This document shows positions 1 through 13,651 of a DNA stretch of 64,000 nucleotides, in pieces. The notes below the pieces were generated by a model, which saw only the letters and a program-made list of their open reading frames with translations, did not search any database and was not told the DNA's origin. Both the position numbers and the translations under genes were made by a program. The DNA comes from Haliotis rufescens. Taxonomy: Eukaryota. Position 1 is the stretch's first letter; each line of letters opens with the position of its first letter. Location of the stretch: NCBI RefSeq assembly GCF_023055435.1, contig NW_025963824.1, positions 35,340,001 to 35,404,000 on the forward strand. The letters are read 5' to 3'.

Positions 1-454
1 CCCGAATACCCTACTGCTTGGAAGTAAGAGTTATCCTCCTTGGCACGATCACGTCCAAAGCGCTGAAATCTTGTTAGTTGTCTCCACTTACCTGAAGGAT
101 AATTGAACAATATAAAAGAGGAGACGTGCTATGTTATGACAGAAACGTGCAAACATATGTTTCAATGTCGGCTGTGCAGAACTTCTGCATCATGCATGGT
201 TGATATTGAAGAAAGAAGTGTTGTTGACATTCACACGTTACTGTTGGCCAGGGCATGCCAGGGGTGAAGGGTTGGAAAACTAACATCCAGTGGTCGACAT
301 TTAGTAAGAATGTAATCTGAGGACAGGTATGCATCTTAGGACTTTCTTTTTTATAAGTTGGTTTTCGGATTTTTTAGAATAAACATAAATAAGATTTTTT
401 TGATTTTTTTCGTAGGGAGGATTTAGACTACGGAAAGGTATAACCATTTATCAC

Positions 455-572
455 CCCGATTATGTTTCTAGGTTTGTCAGCTCCATACCCGTGCTCGTGT
501 AAAGGTACCTGCATCACTTCGGACTTTCCTCCCGCATCAAGCGGACACGCTGTGATATAACTGGAATATTGT
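455..572 (+). mobile_element. SINE family D (V-SINE-like), internal and 3' fragment
   Basis: attatgtttctaggtttgtcagctccatacccgtgctc...cttcggactttcctccc...gtgatataactggaatattg matches the fuller copy at 36245-36478. Confidence 0.75.
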
Positions 573-639
573 CCACTTACTTGGCAATTAAGTTTACAAC
601 AGTTAATCTGAGTAGTCTTAATACATATTAAATGTTGTA

Positions 640-1040
640 TGTGAGGTGGTGAGGTGATATGGGGTTTAACGGCGCGTCCAAGATTATTGCATTTATATAC
701 GGTGTGTGTGTGTGTGTGTGTGGCGCGTTTGTAGATGAGGTGAGGTGAAATGGCAATTAACGTCGCGTCCAAGATTATTGCACATGTGTGTGTGTTGCTG
801 CGTGTACTAGTCCGGACTGATGCCGATTTTAAAGTGCTAGCACACTGAGATACCATGCGACAGGTTAACATGAATACTCCACTCAGACACAGTATACTGA
901 CTCCTAGCCGACCAGTCCCCAAATGCCGAGCGCCAGACAGGGTTACAACAAGTACAATCTTTTAACGTCTTTTGGTATGAACGCGATCTGGGATCGAACC
1001 CAGAGCCTTCCGCTCTCCGGGCAGACGCTGTACCACTAGA
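640..1040 (-). mobile_element. SINE family B (Meta-type, tRNA head, (CACCT)n tail), with duplicated tail segment
   Basis: Reverse strand has a B-box (gggttcgatccc), body homologous to 14480-14823 and 48600-48954; tail ttaacgtcgcgtccaagattattgc occurs twice (about 665 and 757). Confidence 0.8.
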
Positions 1041-1597
1041 AGTGTTTTATGATAGCAGTGTATGGATATATAAATGTGGAACAGTATCTGTTTGTGCGGC
1101 AATAGATGCGTGGGCACAAAGTGAGGGAGAACGCGTCATTAGTGTGTCACTCTTGAAACTTGAGTTATGTTTTTGCATAGTTTAAGTTCTGCTTTCTAAT
1201 GATAACGACATTTTGACGAGTTAAAAACTTCTGGGAGGTTTTAAAATATATACACATGTATGTTACGGTAAGACTGTAACCGTCCTATAAATTATGTTCA
1301 CATGTGTGAAATGCCCCTTTATAGAAATATTATTTTTGCAAACACAAAAAGTATTTTCGCGCCTACAGTAACACTTTCACTGTAAGGCAATGTCAAGGAC
1401 ACCGTACATGTACGTTAGATTTTCACATTTCAATCACATAGACTACCAGAACTCCGTCATTCTGGAATGTTCTTTCGTAATTAAATAAAAACGACAAAAC
1501 CATTTCCTAACTAGAGGAAATCCAGCAGAGTCTACTGTACAATTCCTATTATATCATAACGGTATGTTAATGAATCACTATTAAACAGTGATTATAC

Positions 1598-1692
1598 CAG
1601 GTGTTCGCAAAAAGGCGGGCGTATACTGCCCAACTTTTGACACCCGTCACAAACACATGCAAAGGCAAGTCAATTGTTCACCCGAAAACAAT
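1598..1692 (+). repeat. Dispersed repeat, possible DNA-transposon end
   Basis: caggtgttcgcaaaaagg...cacccgtcacaaacacatgcaaaggcaagtcaattgtt recurs at 47704-47790. Confidence 0.6.
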
Positions 1693-2337
1693 TGGGACAT
1701 CATGTATCTGTCAATCTACACGCCACATATTGACACCATTCAATGTACCCCTGAACTACCTCTAAAGGCGACGTAGCTGGCGGGTAGATGTAAATGACCC
1801 CGACATGGTTGTATATGTTTCGTCCACAGTTGATACAACACCGGGCGGCAGGATAAGAATCCTACTTGAAGAGAGTCCGCAAAATCAAAACTTCTGAAAA
1901 ATTTCGTATTAACCCAAAGGCTAAAGGGTTGAACGGTGTCTGAGCTACGTCTAACTACGTCTATTTTTAATTCACGTACTCGGATATGCTTTAATATAGT
2001 TTCCAGACAAAACATTTACTCAAGGACCCGTCATATAAAGCCTACAATTATACTAAAATACGATATATCAGTCCCATCAATCTTCAAAAGTACATGGCTT
2101 TCCAATCGAATCCAAAACGTGTTCGAGGTAAGGGAGGTAACTCCAATTTCATCACATGCGTTGGTATAAGTACAATACCGTTATGTTGGAAGTTCCTTGC
2201 AATACATGATGGATATGATAGTTTTTTTCTGAACTGATTTCTTTATGAAAATGTTTATGTGTATGTTTGATTTTAATTAAAGGTTTCCAGCGTTATGTAT
2301 CCATGACGACCAACTTCTTGACAACCCTGGCGCTTCA

Positions 2338-2408
2338 ATGTGTGTGTGTGTGTGTGTGGTGTGTGTGTGTGTGAGAGAGAGATTGAGAGAGAGAGAGTGT
2401 GTGTGTGT
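2338..2408. repeat. (GT)n/(GA)n microsatellite
   Basis: Direct inspection. Confidence 0.9.
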
Positions 2409-3960
2409 ATGCAGAGAACTACGTATCTCATACTTCCAAACACTTTCCTCGTTGATATTACAATGGTGTGAGAATACCACTGTGACTAAGAATGGCAAGA
2501 ACATGACGTAGTCTTTTAGTAAACCTAAATAATGTCTAACGGAATCGTAACGTCTGAGTTTGTTAAAGTCTATCTTCATTTCAAAATCGCTTAATATGCG
2601 TGTATTTTCCTATGGATATAAAACTGGTATATATTAGAAGGAGTTAAATATTTTCTGAGATGGTACTTTGATGCGAAAATATATGTATTACCCAACACGT
2701 GGATCCCTGTATTTTGATGTACGAGCGCGTGTCAAGGTATTCCGTCAGCATCCCCTGCCTGTAGTCAGTCTTTATGATAAGCTGCCGCTGAAAAGAAAGT
2801 AGAACTTGAAAACCAATTTGACTAAAAAAATTACAAACGTTGTCAAAACTTTACTAGGTTGAGTGAGTGAGTTAAAATTTAAAATCTCATCGGCAATATT
2901 TCAGCCATATCGTCTAAAAGGCTGATAACAGTAGCAGAAACGCTGCAGACGGAAGTTCCAAAACACAGCTATAATACACGTATCAAATACAGCACCATTG
3001 ACCATTTTTTGTTTGTTTCACTTTTAGCTCCCAACAAACATGCGTGTATACTTTCTGTTGTACCTGAAATTACAAAGAAAATCATTTATTGGAAACAAAC
3101 ATAACATTAAAAAAAACATGACACAGAACTAAATTGGAGCGTTCAAAAATGTAGAACGTTCATAGTTAAAAAAATAAGTTAAAGTTTGCCCCATGAATAT
3201 AACAAAACACAAGGAAACCACAATCAGATGTACCTCGAAGTTCCCCTTTTACGATTCACTTCGAATTCAATTCTGTTATTATGCAGATCACAATTATTTA
3301 AAGTAAGTAATCACCGTTTCGTTTATTTTATCAATATACTCGTTTTATGCCGTACTTGCCAGACGCATTGACTATTTTAACAATATACTAGTATTGTGCC
3401 GTACTTGCCAGATGTATTCACAGTCATTCATACCTACACTGCTCGACTATCGGATGTGCCCCCTAGCGTCAGATACTGAGCCAGATCCGCCTTTCAAAGG
3501 GTTGTTCTCATGTACTATAACTACAATTTATCTGGGGACGGATAAGCAGCTATAGCTGTTACAGCGCTATCGGTAGATCTGAGCCGTTCTGTGTAAGGTG
3601 CTGAAACACGACGCATATTTTAGTTTAATTGAAGCGTGATACTTAAAGTTTAACAAAGTACGCGATTTACTCACAACATAATGTATGAGTTGTGTAATAA
3701 ACATCAAACGTGAAAACCTTGTGCTCAAGGCAATATCCATCAGAAAGTTAGACACTTGTCAAGGGACTGGCACAAACACGCACGCGGTGCCGACTTTAGT
3801 CGGAAATGATTGAAGCGTTGACAATAATCAATGTTTGACGAGCGGGGGTTTGCTGTAAAGGGAAGCAACTCTTGTAAGACTGTTTGATTGTAGTACGGAT
3901 AAATGAACTATCGCCGCACGCGACTATTATTTGGCCGAAACTATTTTGAGTTCACTATTA

Positions 3961-4145
3961 TTGTTTGTTTGTTGTTTAACGCCGCACTCAGCAATATTCC
4001 AGCTGAATGTCGGCGGTCTGTAAATAATCGAGACTGGACCAGACAGTCCAGTGATTGACATCCTGAGCATCAGTCCACGCAATTTGGATACGATGGCATG
4101 CATCAACCAAGTCAGCCATCCTTATCTAATAGCCTCTCGCGACAC
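3961..4145 (-). mobile_element. Family C non-tRNA retroposon, diverged copy
   Basis: (GTTT)n then aacgccgcactcagcaatattccagct...ctggaccagacagtccagtgattgacatc; homologous to 39627-39846. Confidence 0.8.
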
Positions 4146-4439
4146 TTTTAAATTGTATACAGATTATTTAGGTTTTGATAGCCATACTAATGAAAACGGG
4201 CTTTGAAAACTTTCTGAAATCGTTTGTTCCCCCCCCCCCCCCACCCAATTAACATTTTCTTCTTAATATTGCTTCAAGAACTTCAGGTATCTGAACTTCG
4301 TTCATGATTACATTTCACAGTTTCAGGTAGTGATAACTTACAGATTTATTAGAACAATGTGACACGAAAGTATGAACTCTCTTGTTTCATTGTTTTACGA
4401 ATGGATGGAGAACACGTTGTCTTTATAGTGTTCATTTGG

Positions 4440-6362
4440 TGTTCTGTTGGCGTTCTTAGGGTGTACACTGTGTTATGAGGATGTTCTTAGGGTGTTCATT
4501 GTGTTACGAGGATGTTCTTAGGGTGTTCACTGTGATATGAAGGTGTTCGTAGGGTGTTCACTGTGTTATGAGGGTGTTCACTGTGTAATGATGATGTTCT
4601 TAGGGTGTTCACTGTTTTATGAGCATGTTCTTAGGGTGTTCACTGTGTTACGAGGATGTTCATAGGGTGTTCATTTTGTTACGAGAATGTTCGTAGGGTG
4701 TTCACTGTGTTACGAGAATGTTCGTAGGGTGTTCATTGTGTTACGAGGATGTTCGTAGGGTGTTCACTGTGATATGAAGGTGTTCGTAGGGTGTTCACTG
4801 TGTCACGAGGATATTCATAGGGTGTTCACTGCGATATGAAGGTGTTCGTAGGGTGTACACTGTGATATGAAGGTGTTCGTAGAGTGTTCAGTGTGTTACG
4901 AGGGTGTTCGTAGGGTGTTCACTGTGTTATGAGGATGTTCGTAGGGTGTTCACTGTGTTATCAGGGTGTTCGTAGGGTGTTCACTGTGTTACGAGGATGA
5001 TCATAGGGTGTTCACTGTGTTACGAGGATGTTCGTAGGGTGTTCACTGTGTAACGAGGATGTTCACTGTGTTACGAGGATGTTCTTAGGGTGTTCAGTGT
5101 GTTACGAGGATGTTCGTAGGGTGTTCACTGTGATATGAAGGTGTTCGTAGGGTGTACACTGTGTTTTGCGGATGTTCATAGGGTGTTCACTGTGTTACGA
5201 GGATGTTCATAGGGTGTTCACTGTTATATGAGGGTGTTCTTAGTGTGTTCACTGTGTTACGAGGATGTTCGTAGGGTGTTCACTGTGTTACGAGGATGTT
5301 CATAGGGTGTTCACTGTGTTATGAGGGTGTTCATAGGGTGTTCACTGTGTAACTAGGATGTTCATAGGGTGTTCACTGTGATGTGAAGGTCTTCATAGGG
5401 TGTTCACTGTGTTACGAGGATGTTCATAGGGTGTTCACTGTGTTATGAAGGGTTTCGTAGGGTGTACACTGTGTTATGAGGGTGTTCTTAGGGTGTTCAC
5501 TGTGTTATGAGGGTGCTCTTAGGGTGTTCACTGTGTTACGAGGATGTTCATAGGGTGTTCACTGTGTAACGAGGATGTTTATAGGGTGTTCACTGTGTTA
5601 TGAGGGTGTTCATAGGGTGTACACTGTGATATGAAGGTGTTCATAGGGTGTTCACTGTGTTACGAGGATGTTCATAGGGTGTTCACTGTGATATGAAGGT
5701 GTTCGTAGGGTGTACACTGTGTTTTGAGGGTGTTCATAGGGTGTTCACTGTGTCACAAGGATGTTCATAGGGTGTTCACTGTGATATGAATGTGTTCATA
5801 GGGTGTTCACTGTGATATGAAGGTGTTCGTAGGGTGTTCACTGTGTTACGAGGATATTCATAGGGTGTTCACTGTGATATGAAGGAGTTCGTAGGGTGTA
5901 CACTGTGATATGAAGGTGTTCGTAGGGTGTTCACTGTGTTACGAGGATATTCATAGGGTGTTCACTGTGATATGAAGGTGTTCGTTGGGTGTACACTCTG
6001 ATATGAAGGTGTTCATAGGGTGTACACTGTGATATGAAGGTGTTCGAAGGGTGTTCACTGTGTTACGAGGATATTCATAGGGTGTTCACTGTGATATGAA
6101 GGTGTTCGTAGGGTGTACACTGTGATATGAAGGCGTTCGTAGGGTGTACACTGTGTTATGAAGGTGTTCATAGGGTGTTCACTGTGTTACGAGGATATTC
6201 ATAGGGTGTTCACTGTGATATGAAGGTGTTCATAGGGTGTTCACTGTGTTACGAGGATATTCATAGGGTGTACACTGTGATATGAAGGTGTTCGTAGGCT
6301 GTTCACTGTGTTACGAGGATGTTCGTAGGCTGTTCACTGTGTTATGAAGGTGTTCGTAGGGT
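4440..6362. repeat. 31-bp minisatellite, about 60 copies (agggtgttcactgtgttacgaggatgttcrt)
   Basis: Head-to-tail units; internal agggtgttc/aggatgttc sub-repeat; two variants (gttacgaggat vs gatatgaaggt) partly alternate. Confidence 0.97.
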
Positions 6363-7444
6363 TTCATTTCGAGTGAGGTTTGCAGTTTAACAAAATAGCA
6401 AAACATAACCACATCGACCTGGCAAAAATAGAATTTTAATTTGTTCCGTTCGAATTGAAATTGTTAACCTTGCTGTGAGGTTTTCGAAACGAAACCCGTC
6501 ATCATCCTGTCTCACACATGAAACTAACATTTCAGGTTAAAGTTTGTTTTGGGGAAAAAAGTATTTTTCTCTGTCATTTGAATAATCAGAAAATGTTAGA
6601 GAGGAGTTATTTTTTTAAATTACTGAATCATTGTCAGCCTGTTCATGTATTGTGAATTTACAAAACGCAATTTAACCTTTTCTTTTTCTCAGCAATCAAA
6701 TTGAATTCGATTTCAACTCATGTTTGAACATCACGCACAATTTGCCCCAAGTCGGTCCTATCGAATTACGAAGCCCGCGGTGCTGGAGCTCCGGGGGCAT
6801 CCTGATGAAATTTAAACCCTCAAATCTCCAAGGTCCGGGATGGAAATTGAGAAAAATAGGAAGAAAACGCAAAAGTTAGGAAAAACTCTTATGCCTTAAT
6901 CTCCGCGCTATAGATAACGCCAAGCATTCATTCAAAAAGTTTCTCGACAAATAGAAAGTGACATTTTCGATTGATTTAGGTTCACGGTATCGTATTAAAG
7001 GGGAAAGTGTTTTCGCTTGATAAGGGGCAAGGGTAACATTGGACTCTCTGGTTTTTCGAATGAAAAATGAGTTTCCTTATCTGTTGCTTGAATACTTTGA
7101 CCCAGGTGTCAAAGGATTATATATTCAAGAAATCAACCAAAAAACTCTGAATTTGCATTTAAAGCACGCATGCGGTTTTTCTATGGCTACAATTCTGATC
7201 CAAACAGTCATGTGAATAAACGTTTCACCCCACAATACGACGTAATATTGATACATATGTAGTGGATACGGCTGCAAATGTTTTTGGCTCTTGTATCCCG
7301 AAGATAAAACCGTTTTTTAAAAGGCAAGGTGGAATTTCATATTATTCTTCAGTTGAATCTTCAGGTCATCTGCATTCCGGTTCAGAGGAGTCATTTCTGG
7401 TAGCGACAGACCTGCTTTCCATGCGTTTTTGACACCCCATGCAG

Positions 7445-7872
7445 GTGACCTGGTTAATTGTGTGTCATCGTACCCCAACGGCGGGGACGTTGCTTATTAT
7501 ATGAACCACTGGTTTAATTTGGTCTGGTCCTGACTCGAATATTCTCAGGACATCTTCATGTGACTGGCATTATGCTGACGGTGGCGTTACACTGTTGAGA
7601 AACGAAAAAATCATTCTGTAATAAATATTCAAATGATCAGTGAATGATAATATTAGCAACGCTGAAACCCACGAATATACGGGACTATAGTGCCGCATCT
7701 GTTGATGACGACACCCCTGAAGACCTGGGTTAGATGTGATCAACTTGGTTGATTCATGTCATCTTATCCCAATTGCGTGGATCGATGCTCATGGTGGCAA
7801 TCACTGGATTGTTTGGTCCAGACTCGTATAGTTGGGATATTGTTCATGTAGCGTTTAAAAAACAAAGAAACG
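7445..7872 (+). mobile_element. Two diverged family C copies (about 7445-7592 and 7715-7872)
   Basis: acttggttgattcatgtcatc, gatcgatgctcatg, cactggattgtttggtccagactcg, (AAAC)-like tail. Confidence 0.65.
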
Positions 7873-10800
7873 AACACGTGGTGTGATGATGACGTCGATT
7901 ATGAAAATGTTGTTGAAGATAATGGTATCACGAATATAAAGCTCAAAGCTCCGTTCCCCCGGCCATGAGTCATCATTTTCATGAAATATTATATCAACAG
8001 TTCGTTGTGTCCACGGTATGGTTTAATAAACACGAGCTTCAGTTTCCCACTCTCATCCTCAGACAAAGCCCAGTCATCTTCACGGAATAGATTCAATTTG
8101 CCGCCAGGTCACGCAGTTGAATATCATGTTAATTGTTTCTAACCGACTTACTGGGCCATGCTGTGTTTGGCAATGCCCCTTCCAGCCACACAATGACAGC
8201 ATTACGGGGTTCATCCCATAACTGCTCCATTCCCATATTGTTGCTTCAATTCACCAGCTCTTTCCCTTTCTGCAGCAGCATGGGCGGACAGCATCTAATT
8301 CAATTACCTGATCCCCATCAATGCCACATTGAATTGTTCACCATTAATAAAATAATACAGACACTCTGGCGGAAACGAAACATGACATAATATAGCAGAA
8401 AAATCCTTCCACGCTGGACCATACAACTATAAACAAATTTCAGAATTGCAGTGAGACGAAGCTAACGTAATTTCTCGTTTTCAAACGCGATTAACGTACT
8501 TTCTCGTCTCGTTCTTAGATAGACGTGGACTCGATCGAGCCAGCGCATACTGCCAGCGAATCATTTCTCAGGGGAGTTGGTTTCTAATGTGCTTACGTAA
8601 CTGGGACTATGAAGTTGGATGTAATTAGGTTTTATTGGGTTATTTGAAAACAATTTGCGCTCTTTAGAGACATGGAAGCGGGGGTTTGGCGTCGTCGTGG
8701 TTGTATTATTGATGCCGGTTGAGTGTGAGAGACGGGACAACTCAATTTGTGGTCATTCCTTCACGCGTGGATGGTTACTGGGCCATATCACTTTTATCTT
8801 ATGCTTTTTGCATATTGTGTATACAAACATATACCATATGGCATTGCAGCTACTGGCTAAACAGGCGCCCGATGTCACAAGAGATTTAGGTCTGGTTGTC
8901 AGAAAAGGATTTAGGAGTTTGTTTTGTTTTGTTAAGCATTTTTTGCACTGCTGGCAACTAATCTGGCGTAAGTGTTGTTGCGTTTTGTGATTTGTGTTCG
9001 AAACTAGGAACACATCTACCTTGCCTGGCAAAGAAAAGTATACATCCATGTTTGATGATATAAGAAATGGTAAATAGATGGTGATGTATTTGATATGGGT
9101 ATTAAAGTTGTGTTTTGACGTAAAGTGTGCAGTGCTTCGGGGTCTGTTTTTTTTAGCCTGATAACTTTTCAAATCCAATGTTCAGTTATTAGCTTCCGCG
9201 GCGGTTTACTTTGCAAGGAATCTTCTCTCCCAGGGCGATCGGACTAGTCACGTGATCAAAGCATCAGCTCGACACACCAGAAGCTCAAGTTCGATGCCCA
9301 TGTGCTTACCATGTGTCAAGCCTATTCCGCGTCATACCGCGGCCATGCTGATAAATGCGGCGTAAAAAAACAACTCACTCTGCTTCCAGCCTCAGCTAAA
9401 TGCGTCACGTAGTTAATGAAGTGATGCCAATCTTTTTCGGATAAAACGCCCCTTGGGTGCAGACGACGCTTGGGTTGAGCATCGATGGTTTGCACGTGCA
9501 GTAGCACACGTGTCACCATTCGCCTCTCTCCGTCACCTGGAACCGCACGAGAGATCCCGAATGTCGCCAGCGCTTAAAGCATGAAAATAACGGTTGATCT
9601 TGATACAGTCGATAGTTCTGCGTGTTTCTGTTCACTGGTTGGAAAAAAGTGAAGATGCATCCTAAGTCTGTTTACCGTTACCAATGCCTATTTCTGTACA
9701 ATTCAACGGTAAATGACAACGTCCGGCTCTCCCAACACACACGCCAATCTGAACATCCGCATGACGCAGGAGCAACGTTCAAGAACTTGTTCAACATTTT
9801 GGACAAAAAAATCCATTTTCAAATACCAATCCGTAAAACAAGCAGACATGCCCGAAATGCAAAATAGATTCAAGATTCACATCTTGAATGAATAATGAAC
9901 TCAGATTCGACCGTTGAATCAGCGTGTCTGTCAATACTTGCTCAAACCCCCCACTGCGGGACGCACGCACAGAGAGTTAAACTATCATGTAATTGGACCT
10001 GGCGCAAGCACTGTATGGAATCATATCGACATAGCCGATATCAGTTGTCCTGGTCCGGGGGAAATCTCATCTCCATCCTCATCCTGTCCAATCTTTGTCC
10101 TCTTGTCTCGTGTCTCGTGCATATTGAAAGGGATATTGATCACGTGGCTTGAGGTCGATCATGTGACATACCGGCCGGCGATGTAGGTTCATTTACCAGT
10201 TTGGAGAACGATTTGCACCAAAGTTGGAACTTTAATTGGAACCGTTGTCAATCAGCAATGCTGAAGTGTCGTCTCTTGGTTTACAGTGACGAGGCTAAAT
10301 TCAATAAGGTTCTCTGTGTCACGACTTGCTGTTACCGTGCCATACAGCTTTGAGATCTTGTGTTGTCAAATTTTTAGATGGTCTATTTTTTTATATTATC
10401 TGACGATTCAATAATTCATAAATATGACGGACTGTAATTCGTTTTGATAGAAAGGGCCCGTCAAATCGCTTAATACCTTTCAAATTTTCACAGCCTTCAA
10501 AAACATTTTTTGTTTGTTTAAAAAATAAATAAAAGAGGAATGTATTTCAAATATAAACACACATCAGAGAGAAGTAAAAGAGGAATCGGAAATCCTGCAG
10601 TTGACACTAAAACCTGGATCGAAACCTAGACATGAAATAGGAATACCCTCGGCTCGACATCGCTACGGCGAGCAACTACAAGTATCTCAAGCCATCCTAA
10701 ATTGTGAGTATTGTCGTTGGCGACTTGAGGGGACTATTTCTCACATTATTGTCTCCTAATCAATTCTTGTAGTTTGTCCCCGGGGCAGATATATCAACGT

Positions 10801-11232
10801 ACTTATTGTAAAGCATCATATTTAAAGACACGCACTGAGAGACAGAGCATCGGACTGTAATCTACTCGGTTCCATGAAGCTAAGCAAGTTCTCCTTCCAA
10901 GAACAACGGAATTGCCCACAGTTATTCTACAGACTATAAAATAATGACACTGATTTATAAGTAAGCTTATTATTGTTTATTATTGAATAAATACATCTAT
11001 AATTACGAACAATGTCAAATGGTTTTTTTATACAATTTAACCCCAAAATGTGACCTTTGACATTAAGTTCGTAAACTGTATTCTAAGTTGACGTCTTTGT
11101 AGACCTTGTTATCTGTAGAATTATTTTGGGAAGGGCTGTATAGATGCACACTGTAAGTTACTGGTCATTGTATTATAATGTACTACCTTATATTTGTAGA
11201 AATAGTTTGGGTGGGGCTCTGGCGATACACAA

Positions 11233-11337
11233 GGGGGGTCGGGTAGCCTAGTGGTGTGAAGCCCATTTCTGGTGTCCCCCGCCGTGATATTGCTGGAATA
11301 TTGCTAAAAGCGGCGTAAAATCATACTCACTCACTCA
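11233..11337 (+). mobile_element. SINE family A, internally deleted, 14-bp TSD
   Basis: TSD ctggcgatacacaa at 11219-11232 and 11340-11353; A-box present, B-box region missing; (CACT)n tail. Confidence 0.9.
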
Positions 11338-11784
11338 TGCTGGCGATACACAATAAAAAGTAGAACCTTGTAAAACGCTTCTATCGAACTGGTTTGGATC
11401 AGCGAGGTGTTACAGTTACTGGAGATACTAGTGTATGCGTGATGAGGTCGTGTGGAGTAATGTTATGTTTTGGGTGCTTCTAAATAGGATATAATTTAAG
11501 CTTGAGCTATAACTAATTTCTATCCGTTTGTTATATATGTTCCGTCCTACATAATCTAGCAAAGAAGAAATGTTTTCAACTGCCGGGGAAAAGAAAGAAT
11601 ATACCAATCTTTGATGTGGCTAAAACAAAACAAGGAAATAATGTTTTTTCGAGGCTGGTGTATTTCATACGGGTATCATAGTTGTGTTTTGGACCTAAAG
11701 TTTGCAGTGTTCGGCGACTGTTTTCAGCCTAGTTTAATTATGTTCCACTTCGTACGCTAGATTATATTATCAGTATACAGATAG

Positions 11785-11990
11785 GGTGAGGTGAGGTGAG
11801 GTGAGGTGAGGTGAGGTGAGGTGAAATGGGAATTAACGTCGCGTCAAAGATTATTGCACATGTGTGTGTGTGTTGCTGCGTGTACTAGTCCGGACTGATG
11901 TCGATTATATAGTGCTAGCCCACAGAGATACCATGCCACTGTTCAACACGAATATCCCACTCAGACACAGTATACTGACTCTGTCAGTCA
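11785..11990 (-). mobile_element. SINE family B, 3' part with (GGTGA)n tail
   Basis: Near-identical to 735-900. Confidence 0.85.
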
Positions 11991-13651
11991 ACAGCTTGGG
12001 AGGAACAAAACCCAAGGCACCGAGAACAGTGGGGGTCGGACAACTTGGTACTTGGGATGCAAGTGTGACAATTCGAGACAAGCGATGTCGGCATATTTCC
12101 CATGGTTTTCATGAATCTTGTCAATCACATTAGTGTGAAAAGGGACATAAAATTCAAGGATATAAATGATTTCATTGTTTTATCAAAATGACAATGTTAT
12201 TATCATCATTATCATTATTCAGAGAAGGTTACGGCCGAGGCAACTCTCTCTTTAATTAAAGTGTCCGTCCTTGATTTGGACGCTCTGTGGATTGTCTGAA
12301 ACTCATTTTGTCAGGAAGAACTGGTCCTATCTGTTTATAATGCACTATTAATTTGATAGCATAAATCCATGAGATAAATTCGGACCACATGATGTTAGGC
12401 ACGTGTCAGTGCAGATCGATTCCTGGAGTTTTTATTTGGAAATATTCTTAATTTTCTGACACAAGTTTCAAACTGTCGCAGAGATTTAAGCTAACGTGGT
12501 TTGAGAAAAAGGTTGAAGATCTGGATTTCTTGTAATCAATGCGACATTTGATACTGTTGATATTTAACTCAGTTGGAGTTATCTCCCCTTGGACAGTGTC
12601 CCAGCCATGTAATTAGTGTCAGCCTTATTAAGGTCGAGCTCATGAATACTACCGATAGACGAGTCTGATTTGAAGCGACAGATGAGGCACGGTCATGGCG
12701 ATAATACCCCGTAACTAGTTTTCTGCAAAGAACCTGTCAGAGTGGTAAAATCCTAGAATCTCCAACTAGCCGTAATCACGGGCTGGGGCTGTGCGAACGC
12801 TCTCAAGCATATACGAGATTGAAGGCGACTCGCGGATCGGAAATCGTCTTCCCCAAACCGGAAGCGGAAGTGACGCCATAGGAATAAGCTGAAGAGGTCT
12901 GCTGGAGACTGCATTAGTGTATTGCTTTGAAGGGGAATGGTGTTCCAGCGTTTTCACCTTCATCTGATAGTGGATGGCGAATCAAGATGTATTAGGAAGA
13001 TGAGCCGAATCTATGCAGTAGTTGACGCTGTCTGTGCGTCGCCAAAGCTCAAATGTCAAGAAGCGACACGCGAATAGTTAAGTGTAAATTATTATGTGTG
13101 GTCAATTTACTAAAGGTCGTGGAGAGTCTATTTTCCACTAAATATGTCATGGGAGACAAGACGAGTTTGACTGACACAGGGAAGTGAAAGACCACATTTT
13201 AAATTCGTTTATCTGCAACTTAGCATGGAAGCCAGTTTTCCGCGCTATATCGAGGTTTGACGTGAAAAGAAACATAATGTTCTGTTATACCACTGGACGT
13301 ATTAATCAGTTTTGTAGAATATATACTCGAAAAACACTCATTCGGTTTTGGTAGGTCGTGGTTCTGCATGATGAAGTTTGTGATTTCGAGTGATATTGAG
13401 CATACTTTTGTCTGAAGCTTAACATACTGGAATCTGATCCTTAAGTGAACACAACGTCGGATTAGATTTGAGACATATGTCTTCAAAGATCTGTGTTGCG
13501 CTTTCGTAGATTGTGTTTTGTTGGTGTACTCGTTCTGGCTGACCAGCTCAACACACAAGTATTTCGTCGATGTCGGCATTGTGCGCCTTGCCGTGACTTC
13601 TGTACCACTGTTACTTGTTCAGCGATACATGTTCTTGGTTACCGTATGCTG

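Noticed and set aside
9322-9519. 65-aa ATG ORF in a CpG-rich patch
   Set aside because: Runs through a SINE tail remnant (gcggcgtaaaa..actcactc); no homology recognised
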